Assembly (NCBI GenBank): GCA_035758565.1
Contig: DASTXL010000001.1
Location: forward strand, 396,981-460,980
Length of the DNA: 64,000 bases
Source: Candidatus Saccharimonadales bacterium
GTDB taxonomy: Bacteria; Patescibacteriota; Saccharimonadia; Saccharimonadales; UBA10212
Direction: 5' to 3'
This document shows positions 10,099 to 19,364 of the stretch, piece by piece; the stretch's first letter is position 1, and every line of letters starts with the position of its first letter. Position numbers and translations under genes: made by a program. Below the pieces are notes generated by a model. That model saw only the letters and a list, made by a program, of their open reading frames with translations. It was not told the DNA's origin and made no database searches.

Positions 10099-10590
10099 AT
10101 GCTGGCTACCTTCATTTCGTTCCACCCGTTCTGGTTCGGGGTCGCGAACGCGCTGATCATCATCGGACTCACCGTCCTGACGGTTATCGTCGCCGCCATC
10201 GCGTTCTTCTCGGTGGGATCGAAGAACGGCCCCACACCGTTCGTGCTGTTCGCGCTGTTCTTCGCCGCCATCACGGTCTTCCTCCCGTACTTCCGAACGA
10301 AGACTCGCGAGCACACCCATCTTGCCAGCCGGCAGATGACCGCCGCCTACGGCGGCAAGGTGCTCAAGGTGCACGTCAACGACCACAACGCGATCATGCA
10401 GCTTCCGGGCTGCAAGACGCCGTTCGTCCACGAGATGCGGCAGTTCAAGAACTACCACTACCGTGGCGGCGTGGTGAACGGCTACCGCTATGCGGCCGAC
10501 TACCAGATCACCACCAAGAACGGTGACGCTGTCACCGAGCACCATCCGCTGAGCAAGCAGCTGGTGCTTCAGCTCTGCAAGACGGCGTAA
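10099..10590 (+). CDS. membrane-anchored hypothetical protein (2 N-terminal TM plus a soluble C-terminal domain), in a high-GC islet
   Basis: ATG at 10099 preceded by GAGAAAGGA; the track start at 10060 is TTG. No recognisable family. Confidence 0.55.
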   Translation: MLATFISFHPFWFGVANALIIIGLTVLTVIVAAIAFFSVGSKNGPTPFVLFALFFAAITVFLPYFRTKTREHTHLASRQMTAAYGGKVLKVHVNDHNAIMQLPGCKTPFVHEMRQFKNYHYRGGVVNGYRYAADYQITTKNGDAVTEHHPLSKQLVLQLCKTA

Positions 10591-10607
10591 GGAAGAACCA
10601 AAGAGGC

Positions 10608-10681
10608 GCCGGTGAGCGTGCTCGCGAGGCAACTCGCGCCGCTCACCGGCAAGCGGCTTTCAGTCGAAGGCCGCTTTTTTA
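10608..10681. terminator. two consecutive hairpins; the second (AGCGGC, loop, GCCGCT, then TTTTTT) is a classic intrinsic terminator
   Basis: GCCGGTGAGCG...CGCTCACCGGC is followed by AAGCGGCTTTTCAGTCGAAGGCCGCTTTTTT. They sit between convergent genes (islet gene 3 and tsf) and probably act bidirectionally. Confidence 0.55.
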
Positions 10682-10732
10682 GTACCAAATCAAAATAGGC
10701 CCCCATTAAGGACTTATTTTGTTCAGAAACTT

Positions 10733-11335
10733 TTATTCGTTGACTTCGCCAAGTTGCATGCGAGCAAAGCGCCGAACAACAATGTTCTCGCCCAGCTTGG
10801 CAATGCCCTCTTTAACATAATCGCCAACTGTCTGGTCGGGGTTTTTGATAAAGGGTTGTTCCAGCAAGCAGCGCTCAGCAAAATGTTTCTTAAGCATACC
10901 TTCTACGATTTGCCCTACCATATTCTCTGGCTTGCCCTCACCCTTAACTTTCTCCGTAAACTCGGCTTCGACGGCAGCCTTAACATCGGCTGGGACATCA
11001 TCAACACTAACGAATTCCGGTGCACTAGCGGCAATATGCATAGCCACGTCTTTTACCAAATTGGTGAAGTTTTCGTTACGGGCTACAAAATCAGTCTCGC
11101 AGTTAACCTCCAAGAGGACGCCTATGCGGTTATCGTGGCTGTAGGTGCCGATAACTCCGGCACGGGCTTCACGCTCACCTCGTTTTTCGGCCTTGGTTAA
11201 GCCCTTTTTGCGCATGGCTGCCAAAGCTTTGTCGAAATCGCCATTGGATTCGACCAAAGCCTGCTTGGCGTCGGTAATGCCGACCCCTGTCAGTTCGCGT
11301 AAACGCTTGATCTCATCAATGCTGATGTCAGCCAT
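10733..11335 (-). CDS. tsf: elongation factor Ts
   Basis: 200 aa with UBA-like N-terminus and EF-Ts core similarity. Confidence 0.9.
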   Translation of the reverse strand: MADISIDEIKRLRELTGVGITDAKQALVESNGDFDKALAAMRKKGLTKAEKRGEREARAGVIGTYSHDNRIGVLLEVNCETDFVARNENFTNLVKDVAMHIAASAPEFVSVDDVPADVKAAVEAEFTEKVKGEGKPENMVGQIVEGMLKKHFAERCLLEQPFIKNPDQTVGDYVKEGIAKLGENIVVRRFARMQLGEVNE

Positions 11336-12087
11336 TATTCTTTGCCCTCCTCTTTTGATTCAACTTTTTGCTCGGTTTTGTCGGTAGGATTCTTAGCCTT
11401 ATTTTTGCCTGATTCAATAGCGGTCTGGACGTAGTCTAGGATCAGGTTGATGGTCTTAGTAGCGTCGTCGTTGCATGGAATCGGATAGTCAATAAGCGTT
11501 GGGTCGGCATTAGTATCAACCAAGGCGACAACTGGAACGTGCAGTTTACGGGCTTCACGAACAGCATTGATATCGTTTATTACGTCCACCACAAAAACAG
11601 CACCCGGTTTGGCTGCCAATTCCTTGATGCCACCGTACAAACGGTTCATTTCGTCTATTTCTTCAGCGAAGCGCTGGACTTCCAGCTTGTTGTAGCGGCT
11701 TTCCAGCTCGCCGCTAATCATGCGGCTCTCTAGGTCTTTGAGCTGCTTGATGCGAGCGCCGATGGTGGCTTGGTTGGTTAACATGCCACCGAGCCAGCGC
11801 TCAGTCACGAACGGCATACCGGTTGCAGCGGCAACTTCGCGAATCTTATCTTTGGCCTGACGCTTAGTGCTAACCAACAAAACTTGCTTGCCGGCGGCTG
11901 AAGTGTCGGTCAAAAAAGCCAGAGCTTTGTCTAGAGCCTCTACGGTTTTAGTTAAGTCAATGATATGGTTGCCCTCTCGCTTAGAGTGAATGTAGGGCGC
12001 CATTTTTGGATGCCAACGGCTGGTCTGGTGGCCAAAGTGCGCGCCAGCCTCGAGCAATTTTTTAATATCTACGTCTGTCGTAGCCAT
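11335..12087 (-). CDS. rpsB: 30S ribosomal protein S2
   Basis: Full-length S2 similarity; its stop overlaps the tsf start by 1 nt. Confidence 0.92.
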   Translation of the reverse strand: MATTDVDIKKLLEAGAHFGHQTSRWHPKMAPYIHSKREGNHIIDLTKTVEALDKALAFLTDTSAAGKQVLLVSTKRQAKDKIREVAAATGMPFVTERWLGGMLTNQATIGARIKQLKDLESRMISGELESRYNKLEVQRFAEEIDEMNRLYGGIKELAAKPGAVFVVDVINDINAVREARKLHVPVVALVDTNADPTLIDYPIPCNDDATKTINLILDYVQTAIESGKNKAKNPTDKTEQKVESKEEGKE

Positions 12088-12237
12088 TTACTTCGAAATC
12101 CTTTCTCACCGTAAGGTCGCTTGCCATCACGGTCCTATCAAGGTGCCGGTCAGGAGGATTATTTGCAACCCACTGTTTAATTAATACTTAGGTTATTCTA
12201 CCTCTGTTACCTTTTTTTTGCAACACCTTAAATTCCC

Positions 12238-12266
12238 TTGAAAGATATATATAATTATGGTAAAAT
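12238..12266 (+). promoter_or_regulatory. candidate sigma70 promoter: TTGAAA, 17-nt spacer, TAAAAT
   Basis: Hexamers read directly; located upstream of the second high-GC islet gene pair. Confidence 0.4.
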
Positions 12267-12341
12267 ATTGCAGTCACTTAACAGAGGTGGCGCTGGCCTG
12301 GCAGCACCAAACCACGGCAGAACCTTGCGAAAGGAAGACGC

Positions 12342-12692
12342 ATGACTTCCTCGCCCATTCAGGTAAGCATCTACCACCACCTCGCCGCAGAAGATCAGAC
12401 GGCCGTAGCAGACGAGCTGATTCGTCTCTTCAGCTACAAGCCTCCGATCGGTCTCGGTCGGCCCGAAGGCGACGAGTTCAGCATCAACTTCGTCGAGCGG
12501 GAACATCCCCTGAACACCACCATCCGGGTGGTTCTGCCGGCGGAGATCTTCAACCAGCTCGTGCCTGGCAAGAAGCCCGACGAGGTCCTGCGCCATTCGC
12601 TGAACGTCCGCTTCCACCGCGACGACTTCTACGTCATCGTCACAGGGGTCAACCTGGACGAAGAGGAGGAAGAAGCAGAGGAGTGGGAATGA
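12342..12692 (+). CDS. small acidic hypothetical protein (paralog A), high-GC islet 2
   Basis: ATG preceded by GAAAGGAAG. The C-terminus is a poly-Glu tail. Its stop overlaps the next start in an ATGA arrangement. Weak beta-alpha-beta pattern reminiscent of tautomerase-like small proteins, but the Pro is not at position 2. Confidence 0.5.
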   Translation: MTSSPIQVSIYHHLAAEDQTAVADELIRLFSYKPPIGLGRPEGDEFSINFVEREHPLNTTIRVVLPAEIFNQLVPGKKPDEVLRHSLNVRFHRDDFYVIVTGVNLDEEEEEAEEWE

Positions 12693-13006
12693 GCCTCGAA
12701 CCAATCGAAGTCCAGCACTCCGAAGACCTGGACCCCAACGAGCAGGCGGCGATCGAAAGCGCGGTGCGAGAACTGTTCGCCGAACAGTTTGGCGATCAGC
12801 TCGGCATCGAGCCGGATGACGTAGAGGTCAGGTTCAGCCTCGCCAATATTGGGCCGAAGCAGCTCAGGATCTACGCGATTCTGCCCGCCAACCTCGACCT
12901 CGGCATTGGCGAAGTGATGTACGGCGAGAGCCTCAATACCATCTACATGGAGCTAGTCAAACGATTCCCTGGCCGGGTGGTCATCATGAGCGCCGAGAGC
13001 GGCTAG
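12689..13006 (+). CDS. small acidic hypothetical protein (paralog B), high-GC islet 2
   Basis: ATGA overlap with the upstream gene. Alignable to paralog A (I-x-V, EDQ/NEQ-AA, LPA motifs). The track ORF 12257..13006 is a different-frame read-through artefact. Confidence 0.5.
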   Translation: MSLEPIEVQHSEDLDPNEQAAIESAVRELFAEQFGDQLGIEPDDVEVRFSLANIGPKQLRIYAILPANLDLGIGEVMYGESLNTIYMELVKRFPGRVVIMSAESG

Positions 13007-13018
13007 TTCGCAAGGAGG

Positions 13019-13055
13019 AGCAGAAGAAACATCGAACTTTGGGGGTTTCTTCTGC
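13019..13055 (+). terminator. perfect 11-bp inverted repeat hairpin (GCAGAAGAAAC, loop, GTTTCTTCTGC)
   Basis: Lies directly after the stop of paralog B. Confidence 0.45.
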
Positions 13056-13129
13056 TCCGCAGCGCTAAGGGCGCGCCTATTTAGATTTTATATAGAGCGG
13101 CGCCCGGCGCCTCAAACCCATATATTATG

Positions 13130-13158
13130 TTGACCGACAGAGGTGAATAAGATATACT
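13130..13158 (+). promoter_or_regulatory. candidate sigma70 promoter: TTGACC, 17-nt spacer, TATACT, 10 nt upstream of the rpmE ATG (leaderless or near-leaderless)
   Basis: Hexamers read directly. There is no Shine-Dalgarno sequence between the -10 box and the ATG at 13169. Confidence 0.45.
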
Positions 13159-13168
13159 AACTTAGCTT

Positions 13169-13525
13169 ATGAAAAAGAGTTTACACCCAACTGACTATCG
13201 ACCGGTTGTCTTTCAAGACTTGAACGACAACTCTACTATTGTTGTCCGCTCTACCGCTCCGGCCGAAGAAACTATTACATTAGAAGGCGTTGAATATCCG
13301 CTTATCAAGATTCATATTTCTAGCTCTAGCCATCCTTTCTTTACCGGCGAAGAGCGCATCGTCGACGTAGAAGGCCGGGTTGATAAATTCAAGGCTCGCC
13401 AGGCTGCCGCTGCCAAGGCCCGCGAAGCCCGCGCTGCTGCCAAACCAAAAACCACCAAAAAGGCCAAATCCGAAGCCCAGAAGCTAGGCGCTACCCAAAC
13501 TACCAAACCAGCCGCCCAAGAATAA
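13169..13525 (+). CDS. rpmE: 50S ribosomal protein L31, type B (no zinc motif), with a Lys/Ala-rich C-terminal extension
   Basis: N-terminal L31 similarity ([17 protein letters not shown]...) without a CxxC motif, followed by a KA-rich tail. Confidence 0.85.
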   Translation: MKKSLHPTDYRPVVFQDLNDNSTIVVRSTAPAEETITLEGVEYPLIKIHISSSSHPFFTGEERIVDVEGRVDKFKARQAAAAKAREARAAAKPKTTKKAKSEAQKLGATQTTKPAAQE

Positions 13526-13588
13526 CTAAGCATTAATAAAACTCCCTGGCTCTGATTATCCGGGGAGTTTTTATATACTGGAGAAGTA

Positions 13589-14635
13589 ATGCAAGAAGAA
13601 CCTCTACGAACTGAATACAAGGAACTGCAAGAACGTTTGCAGGATCCTTCTATTTATTCCAGTAAAGATTATCCTCGGCTAGCCAAACGCCAGGCTGAAT
13701 TGGAGGAGTTGCTTTCGCAATATGATAAAGTTTTTGAACTTGAACAGCAGCTAGGGTTCACTGAGGAGTTGCTTAGCGAACCTGATTTAAAAGAAGATGC
13801 CCAGCGGGAAATAATTGATTTGAATATGAAGCTAAGCGAAGCCAAGCAACATCTTTTAGAACTACTTACACCCAAAGACCCTAACGACGAACGCGACTGC
13901 ATCATAGAAATCCGGGCCGCCGCTGGCGGTGATGAATCCAGTTTGTTCGCTGGTGAACTGTACCGTATGTACATCCGCTGGTGCGAAGTCCACGGGTTTA
14001 AAACAGAGCTTGTTAGCGAAAGTCCTAGCGAAGCCGGCGGATTTAAAGAAATATCTTTTGAAGTTCACGGCGCTGATGCTTACCGCAACCTCAAGTTTGA
14101 AGCCGGCGTTCACCGCGTGCAACGCGTACCGGTTACCGAAAGTCAGGGGCGAATACATACCAGCACCGTAACCGTAGCCGTGTTACCGGAGGCCGAAGAA
14201 ACCGATATAGAGATCAAGCCGGAAGACGTTCGTGTGGATGTTTTTCGAGCCAGCGGTCATGGTGGGCAGTCCGTCAATACTACAGACAGTGCCGTACGTA
14301 TCACTCACCTGCCCACCGGTATCGTAGTTAGCCAACAAGATGAGAAAAGTCAGATTAAAAATCGCGAAAAAGGTATGAAAATTCTACGTTCTCGTTTGCT
14401 GCAAATGAAAATCGAGGAGGATCAAAAGAAGCTTTCCGATACCAGAAAGTCTTTGATCGGCAGCGGCGACCGGGCTGAAAAAATCCGCACCTACAACTTC
14501 CCGCAGGATCGCATCACCGATCATCGCATCGGCTACAGCCGCAGTAATATTCCGGGCGCCCTAAACGGCGAAATAGAAGACCTGATAGAGAATCTGCAAG
14601 CTGCCGAGCACGAGCTAATTCAAAAAGAAGGCTAA
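13589..14635 (+). CDS. prfA: peptide chain release factor 1
   Basis: GGQ motif ([11 protein letters not shown]) and RF1-type full-length similarity. Confidence 0.92.
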   Translation: MQEEPLRTEYKELQERLQDPSIYSSKDYPRLAKRQAELEELLSQYDKVFELEQQLGFTEELLSEPDLKEDAQREIIDLNMKLSEAKQHLLELLTPKDPNDERDCIIEIRAAAGGDESSLFAGELYRMYIRWCEVHGFKTELVSESPSEAGGFKEISFEVHGADAYRNLKFEAGVHRVQRVPVTESQGRIHTSTVTVAVLPEAEETDIEIKPEDVRVDVFRASGHGGQSVNTTDSAVRITHLPTGIVVSQQDEKSQIKNREKGMKILRSRLLQMKIEEDQKKLSDTRKSLIGSGDRAEKIRTYNFPQDRITDHRIGYSRSNIPGALNGEIEDLIENLQAAEHELIQKEG

Positions 14636-14638
14636 CCC

Positions 14639-15604
14639 GTGCCGAAATCTGTCGGTGAATTTCTGCAAGCCGCAACCGACAAATTGACAGAGGTCGGCAT
14701 TGCTTCAGCACGGCTGGATTCTTTGATTTTGATAGAGGATTTATTAGAACGCGACCGCGCTTATTTAATAGCACACCCCGAAACTGAACTTTCAACCGAA
14801 CAAGCCAATAGATTGAACAAACAAGTAGCTCGCAGAGCCCGCCATGTTCCCCTGGCCTACATCCGCGGTTTCACCGAATTCTATGGCCGGAGATTTTTGG
14901 TTAATAAATATGTGCTGGAGCCGCGTCCAGAATCCGAAACTATGATTAATCTTTTAAAAGACCTGTATAAAAGTGGGCAATTGCAGCGCTTGGATGGAGC
15001 GCAAGACGGCAGCGAGCAGCGGACTAAGCCGTATATAAAATACGGTGAAGGAGCGGCGGAGCTGACAACACAGCGATTCGCCAACAGAGCTAGCAGAGTG
15101 GCCGGCTCCGCCGGACAGCAGGCTAGCTCGGCGCTGACGATTGCCGATGTTGGAACCGGCAGTGGTGCGATTGGCATTACAGCTGCCTTAGAAATCCCAG
15201 GCGGCCAAGTTGACTTATACGATATAGATAGCAATTGCTTGGCCGTTGCCAAGCATAATTCCGTATTACACGAACTCCGTTTGCATACTCGAAAAAGAGA
15301 CTTGCTTAACAGGCCTTTGCGCCACTACGACGTAATTTTATCTAACCTGCCTTATGTTCCTAAGGATTGGCAGATAAATAAGGCGGCCATGATGGAGCCG
15401 CGAATCGCTATCTTTGGTGGCAAAGACGGTTTGGATTTATACCGGCGCATGTTTAGCCAGCTATCAAGGCAGCACCGACCGCCAAAATTTGTTCTTACCG
15501 AGGCTTTGCCGCCACAGCACGAAGAGCTCGCTAAGATTGCAAAAACTAACAACTACGCACTTCGTGCCAGCCAGGATTTTATTCAGGTATTTGCTCTAGC
15601 TTAA
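14639..15604 (+). CDS. prmC: release factor glutamine N5-methyltransferase PrmC/HemK
   Basis: SAM-binding VGTGSGAIG motif. The catalytic motif reads NLPY rather than the canonical NPPY, and there is a long insertion ahead of the SAM motif. Adjacent to prfA. Confidence 0.8.
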   Translation: MPKSVGEFLQAATDKLTEVGIASARLDSLILIEDLLERDRAYLIAHPETELSTEQANRLNKQVARRARHVPLAYIRGFTEFYGRRFLVNKYVLEPRPESETMINLLKDLYKSGQLQRLDGAQDGSEQRTKPYIKYGEGAAELTTQRFANRASRVAGSAGQQASSALTIADVGTGSGAIGITAALEIPGGQVDLYDIDSNCLAVAKHNSVLHELRLHTRKRDLLNRPLRHYDVILSNLPYVPKDWQINKAAMMEPRIAIFGGKDGLDLYRRMFSQLSRQHRPPKFVLTEALPPQHEELAKIAKTNNYALRASQDFIQVFALA

Positions 15605-16878
15605 TTTGTTGAAGCAGAACCCAAAATCACATGTTTGGTGATTGTTTTGTCGCCTCGAACGATGGTCAAAGTAAGCTTATCGCCCACCTTAAATCGGCTA
15701 ATAGCGGCCGATAAACTGGTGTCTTGGTCGATATTTACATTGTTAATTTTAGTAATCACGTCTTTCTCGCGAATGCCGGCCTTATCTGCCGGGCTGCCGG
15801 ACACCACAGCTGGTTCATCATTGCCACTGATGACGTAGGCACCGCGCTTAACACTCAGGTTAAATTCGTAAGCAATGTCGTCCGTTAGCGAAATGTATCG
15901 CACGCCCAAATAAGGCTGCTGGAGCTGGCCATTGTTTAGCACACTATCGATCATTCCCTTAAGATCGTTGATTGGCTGAGCAAATCCAATATTCTGACCC
16001 GAGCTCGCCGTAGCCGTATTAATCCCAATCACTTCGCCGTTTATGTTGACTAGCGGTCCACCAGAGTTACCTTCATTGATAGCTGCGTCCGTTTGGAACA
16101 AGTCGGTTAAAGTTTCGTCGCCTTGGGCGCCGGACTCGTCGCCGGCAGTTACGTCGCGGCCATAGCCAGAGATAATTCCACTGGTGACCGTGTTTTGAAA
16201 CTGGCCTAGTGCGTTACCGATAGCAATTACTCTATCGCCAACTTGAACTTTAGATGAATCGCCAAGCGTCACGGGTGTTAAAGTCTTGCCTTTCAGATCG
16301 TTGATTTTTAGGAAGGCGATGTCTTCCGGACTTGACGCGTTAGAGCGTCCAATTACTTGCACGTTGTCGTAGCGGGTGCCGTCGGCTAAGGTTACGCTAA
16401 CGCTTGTCGTACCGTCTGGCACCACGTGGCGGTTGGTCACAATAATGCCACTAGAGCTAATAATAAAACCTGTTCCTGCGCTTTCCTGGGAAGTCGGCTC
16501 GCTAAATCCAAAGAAATCCGTGCTCGTACTTTGACTTTGAACATCAACGCTCACCACACTTTGGCCCACGTTTTTAGCAATTTCGCTAATTAGTGAACTT
16601 TCGTCAGAAATATACTGCTGTTTTTGTTCGGTCGTGCCCAGACCAGAGTGATTATGATCATAAATATCGCTACCAACGAATCCTCCGCCCAATCCCAAAA
16701 GAAAAACTACGACCAAAATCACCGGAACTACCGCCTTTTTTGGATAACGAACACCTTTAATTTTGGCTGCGTGAGAGTTGACGCGCTCCGACGCCCGACG
16801 CAGTGATACTAACTTGTCCGACCTAGTCGAGAACGTCGCCGGCAACGTTTTTCCTTTAGTTTTTTCCTCTGGCTGCAT
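15601..16878 (-). CDS. htrA: HtrA/DegP-family trypsin-like serine protease with PDZ domain, N-terminal TM anchor
   Basis: GNSGGPLVN serine motif, catalytic His/Asp context and a C-terminal PDZ. Confidence 0.85.
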   Translation of the reverse strand: MQPEEKTKGKTLPATFSTRSDKLVSLRRASERVNSHAAKIKGVRYPKKAVVPVILVVVFLLGLGGGFVGSDIYDHNHSGLGTTEQKQQYISDESSLISEIAKNVGQSVVSVDVQSQSTSTDFFGFSEPTSQESAGTGFIISSSGIIVTNRHVVPDGTTSVSVTLADGTRYDNVQVIGRSNASSPEDIAFLKINDLKGKTLTPVTLGDSSKVQVGDRVIAIGNALGQFQNTVTSGIISGYGRDVTAGDESGAQGDETLTDLFQTDAAINEGNSGGPLVNINGEVIGINTATASSGQNIGFAQPINDLKGMIDSVLNNGQLQQPYLGVRYISLTDDIAYEFNLSVKRGAYVISGNDEPAVVSGSPADKAGIREKDVITKINNVNIDQDTSLSAAISRFKVGDKLTLTIVRGDKTITKHVILGSASTN

Positions 16879-16958
16879 TTATTATTCCTCTTACTCTTAT
16901 TTTAGCAGTCAGCCTGAATCAAAGCTGAAAAAATCTACTAAGATTTCGAAAGGGATTG

Positions 16959-17708
16959 CTATACCGTCGCGCCTGTCCAATCGGACAGGACAAGTACTAT
17001 TAAAAGAATTGCGAACATTATACCTAGCAACTGGCGCTCCAAAACTTTATTCAAACGACCATTAGCATCTATGTAATAAAGAGCTGCCAGGCCATAGCCA
17101 ATGGTAGTCATAATAATGATGATTTGGGCTATTGAGCCATAGAACAGTAACCAGTGTCCTAAAATAAATGCTACGCAGGCTCCAAAATAGCCCCAAATAT
17201 GGGCCAGCAGAGCTGAATATGGCTCTTCAAAGCTAGTCAAATAATGCCGAGCGGCCAGGTAGGTTACTGCCCAGGTGGCCAAAATTAGCCATATCAATGA
17301 CGCGTCGCCAAACTTTAAGTAAAGAACGGTCAGGCCTAAAAGCTGCCCTATCATGGCCTGCGCCGAAACACTTAAAACATCGTAGCGAGGCTTAAGATAA
17401 ACCAGCCAACCAGCGTATAGCACCACCCAAAGCAGCTGCCACCATGTGACGCTGGTGCTAGCCATAAACAGAATAAACGAAACGCTGACGATAATGTCCA
17501 CTCCGTTAGCCACGATGTTGGCAAGCCAATAACGCGGCCGGACCGCAAACATTCTCCACTTGGCCAAGACAACCAACAGGATTGCTAGTGGTACAAATTC
17601 AATCTTGACCAGTATGTAGGCCAAAACCGGCAGTAAGCCATTTAGAGCAATATGAAGAACGTGAGAAAATCCGCGCGTCGGCTTAATTTTGGCTGGAAGT
17701 TGCAGCAT
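16959..17708 (-). CDS. polytopic integral membrane protein (about 8 TM), unknown function
   Basis: Highly hydrophobic and W/Y-rich; overlaps the upstream LCP gene by 26 nt. Confidence 0.6.
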   Translation of the reverse strand: MLQLPAKIKPTRGFSHVLHIALNGLLPVLAYILVKIEFVPLAILLVVLAKWRMFAVRPRYWLANIVANGVDIIVSVSFILFMASTSVTWWQLLWVVLYAGWLVYLKPRYDVLSVSAQAMIGQLLGLTVLYLKFGDASLIWLILATWAVTYLAARHYLTSFEEPYSALLAHIWGYFGACVAFILGHWLLFYGSIAQIIIIMTTIGYGLAALYYIDANGRLNKVLERQLLGIMFAILLIVLVLSDWTGATV

Positions 17709-19329
17709 CTTCGCCTAAGATTATAACAAAATCGGTGCCTTGCGGCGGGTTAATACCGCTACCCGACGGAATACTGGTCTTGGCTGTTACGCCAAACCGC
17801 TCCTCTAGATAATGGCGAGTGTATTTATCCTTGCCTTTTGTAAGATCCACCACCGTGGTTGTGGCTTGGTTGGTAACCGTTGCAGTATTGCCAACCGTAG
17901 TGACCGTATAGCCATAAGACTTCAGTAGGCTTGCCTTAGAATTAGCCAGACCAACTTTGTCGGTCGCGTTATAGACCGTTACTTTAGCGTTTTCCTTGGC
18001 CAAAAAGCCATCGCGTAAAGTGTTGCGAATATAGTTTGTAATGTCGCCGTATTGGAAGAGTCCCGCTTTGGGCTCTACTATAGATAAACCGTTCATATTG
18101 CCGGTAGTCAAATAATTGTGCGGCGCAGTTACTAAGTCGATCGAGGATATTTCCTTCGATGGAATTCGCTGGGTTATTTTATAAAGTCGGGTCATGTCGT
18201 TTAGTGAAAAATCGGTATACACATTGTTGCCGAAGCCACTTAACAGATTCGAGATCTTGATCGGATTGCTAAAGGTACCGGCGCTCAGAGCCTTGTCTTT
18301 TATGGCCACCAAAAGCTGTCTCTGGCGTTCGGCGCGTGAAAAGTCCGATGAAGTCTCGCGCGAGCGAGCGAACAATAAAGCCTGTTGACCGTGCATTACT
18401 TGCGGGCCAGGCTTGGCAATCACCGGGTTCCAGTTGTTCTCCCACTCAATGGTTGGATCATAGACTTCGCTAGTTACGTTTATATTCACGCCGCCCAAAG
18501 CGTCAACTACATCTTTAAATGCCGAAAAATCGACTACTACATGATAATGGATTGGAATACCGATTACCGGAGATATGGTGCGGTCCAGCAAGTTAAGCCC
18601 ATCTTGCTCTTTGCCGGCTAAGGTCTTAGCCCTGGATTCCGATTTTCCATCCGGATAAGCCGCGTTAATCTTTTGATAACCATTGCCGGGAATCTTCACC
18701 CACAAATCGCGCGGAATGCTCAAGAGCGCTACTTTGTTATTAACGGGGTCAATACTGGCAACCATGATAGTGTCGGTTAAGTCCGGGCCGTCATGCCCTG
18801 GCCCACCCACGCCTAGCAGCAAGATATTTATACGGCCGTCACCCTCGCCTTTGAGCTGACTTATATCGACATTATCAGATAGGGCGGGCGCTCCGCCGCC
18901 GCCGTGAAAAAGATGGCGCTCGGTCATAAAAGCTTTGGCGCCCAAATAGGCCGCACCAATTAAAATAAGAGCTATGAGTGTTAAGGCGCTTCTCTTTATA
19001 AGTTTGCGAGCAGTTGGGTGAGCACTGACAAAGTAATAGCGCTTTTTCTTTTTGGTGCCGCTATCGTCTAAGATTATGGGCTCGTCAAGCAACGCGGCCT
19101 CTTCGGCCTCGGGCATTTTGTTGAGGCCTTGCGGAGTTGTTCGTGATGGATAAAATCCATCCACTCTCCTAGCACCAGCACCAATAGAAGAAGTCTGAGC
19201 CACCCTGACTGGTTTCATTGGGCTATAAGAGTTGCTGGTCGCACCCCCAATTATCCGACCATTTGATACAAAACCATCAATCGAGGCCGAACGTCGATTC
19301 GGTCCGTTAAACTTCTTATGCCTATCCAT
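17683..19329 (-). CDS. LytR-CpsA-Psr (LCP) family cell-wall glycopolymer transferase
   Basis: LCP core motifs (LLLGVGGPG...DTIMVASIDP...LSIPRDLWV) plus a C-terminal LytR_C-like region. The long N-terminal cytoplasmic extension suggests the real start may be at an internal Met. Confidence 0.85.
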   Translation of the reverse strand: MDRHKKFNGPNRRSASIDGFVSNGRIIGGATSNSYSPMKPVRVAQTSSIGAGARRVDGFYPSRTTPQGLNKMPEAEEAALLDEPIILDDSGTKKKKRYYFVSAHPTARKLIKRSALTLIALILIGAAYLGAKAFMTERHLFHGGGGAPALSDNVDISQLKGEGDGRINILLLGVGGPGHDGPDLTDTIMVASIDPVNNKVALLSIPRDLWVKIPGNGYQKINAAYPDGKSESRAKTLAGKEQDGLNLLDRTISPVIGIPIHYHVVVDFSAFKDVVDALGGVNINVTSEVYDPTIEWENNWNPVIAKPGPQVMHGQQALLFARSRETSSDFSRAERQRQLLVAIKDKALSAGTFSNPIKISNLLSGFGNNVYTDFSLNDMTRLYKITQRIPSKEISSIDLVTAPHNYLTTGNMNGLSIVEPKAGLFQYGDITNYIRNTLRDGFLAKENAKVTVYNATDKVGLANSKASLLKSYGYTVTTVGNTATVTNQATTTVVDLTKGKDKYTRHYLEERFGVTAKTSIPSGSGINPPQGTDFVIILGEDAATSSQN

Positions 19330-19364
19330 TTCGCACGTTTAAGTATACCATTTGGCCCCCACCC

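Noticed and set aside
8584-10632. Many overlapping ORFs on both strands inside the high-GC islets (for example 8584..8790, 8772..9053, 9250..9762, 9389..9886, 10026..10526, 10063..10632, 12255..12704, 12257..13006)
   Set aside because: They are typical stop-codon-poor artefacts of high-GC DNA, with Arg/Ala/Gly-rich low-complexity translations. They overlap better-supported genes that have ribosome-binding sites and recognisable motifs.
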